NCBI RefSeq assembly: GCF_030144855.1
Contig: NC_082706.1
Coordinates: 129,456,001 to 129,520,000 of the forward strand
DNA length: 64,000 nucleotides
Direction of reading: 5' to 3'
Origin: Hypanus sabinus
Lineage: Eukaryota
Shown here: in pieces, positions 63,011 through 64,000 of the stretch
Position numbering within the stretch: the stretch's first letter is position 1
Layout of the letters: each line of letters begins with the position of its first letter
Notes under the pieces: model-generated
Database searches by the model: none
Told to the model about the DNA's origin: nothing
The model's input: the letters and a program-made list of their open reading frames with translations, nothing else
Made by a program: the position numbers and the translations under genes

Positions 63011-63562
63011 CACATTCATACAGCCCATTAATTAAGCCAGATTTCAAAAAATTCCTTCTCTCAATAAGTAATGAATCCTTTTGGGTAAAGCTATATTAAA
63101 TAGAAATATTTAAGGTGAAGGTGGATAAATAATTGAAAGACTTTTTTTTAGAGTTAGGAGGAACTGGTATCGAGGCCTGAAGCAAAGTGACTATGTTCAT
63201 ATTGAACAGTGTAATAGGCTTGATAGGTGTGGTGACTTGTTGCTACTTTCTTGCGTCCTTGTGCGCTTTGTATTTCATCCTCAAGGGCATTAGTGAATCA
63301 AAATGATTATAGACAAGCCTTTAATTCCATGATCAGCATCATCACTCACAGCTTCTTCATTCCAGAATTAAACACACTTAAATTTCATGATTGCTCTGTT
63401 AAGATTTGAACTTCAGCCACTCAGTCCTAAAGCAGTGATATTACTATGCTACTGTACCCCACAACCCGCCTTATCTCTCTGTAAATATAATGTGTTGAGT
63501 TGACACAGTGGCCGTACCGAATATGATTGCTTTTATCAACATGACAAGGAATGGGTAGAAAT

Positions 63563-63653
63563 AAAAAACACAAAATGCTGGCAGAACTCAGCAGGCCAGA
63601 CAGCATCTATGGGAGGAGGTAATAACAACGTTTCGGGCCGAAACCCTTCATCA
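63563..63653 (-). mobile_element. 91-bp Penelope-derived insertion with near-intact hammerhead core
   Basis: Perfect 13-bp TSD AATGGGTAGAAAT (63550-63562, 63654-63666); minus strand reads TGATGA-agggtttcggccc-GAAAC-GTT. Confidence 0.8.
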
Positions 63654-64000
63654 AATGGGTAGAAATGTTGCTTTCATAAATTGGCAGAAAAACTAAGTTG
63701 TGGAATATATTCATAACTCTACAAAGAGAACTTATCACAGCACTGTTGTTTGACAAATTCTGTACTACAGCTGTAGAAGATCTGTGTATGGCAGATTTAC
63801 AGTTGCTTGAAGGAAGAAATAGTTCTTGTCATGTTGTTTTCCCACCATCTAATAAATTTCAAGTCAGCATGGAGTAAGTGATTATTATTTTTATGTTCTG
63901 GCCCATATGAAACACCTCTGATGAAGATAATGCTGGAGTGTATGGAATGCAGAAAAAATAAACTGTGTGAAGAAATTTGTACGTGCAGCAACAGTAAATT

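Overview
Vertebrate nuclear DNA; the repeat families present (CR1, Rex1/L2-like LINEs, V-type and other tRNA SINEs, Penelope-derived repeats) suggest a cartilaginous fish, probably a ray, though this is inference. The one host protein-coding gene is APCDD1 (Wnt inhibitor), on the minus strand in five coding exons: 52206->assembly gap, 39774-39594, 36221-35690, 16675-16354 and 13959-13514. Exon phases are mutually consistent and the sizes match the human gene as I recall it. Upstream is a CpG-rich promoter with four TCF/LEF sites. The rest is transposon-rich intron and intergenic DNA: a young CR1 with an uninterrupted 1.7-kb RT frame, a Gypsy-type solo LTR, a Chapaev3-like DNA transposon, Tigger, Tc1, mariner and hAT remnants, a Penelope RT fragment, and many Penelope-derived short repeats carrying decayed minimal hammerhead-ribozyme motifs. 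The first ~1.1 kb looks like the 3' UTR end of a convergent plus-strand gene. I see no strong evidence for a wholly new biological system. The best leads are the fold-back hammerhead-bearing mini-elements, the Chapaev3 remnant, the TCF cluster and a GPI-like APCDD1 C-terminus. Boundaries of decayed repeats are approximate.
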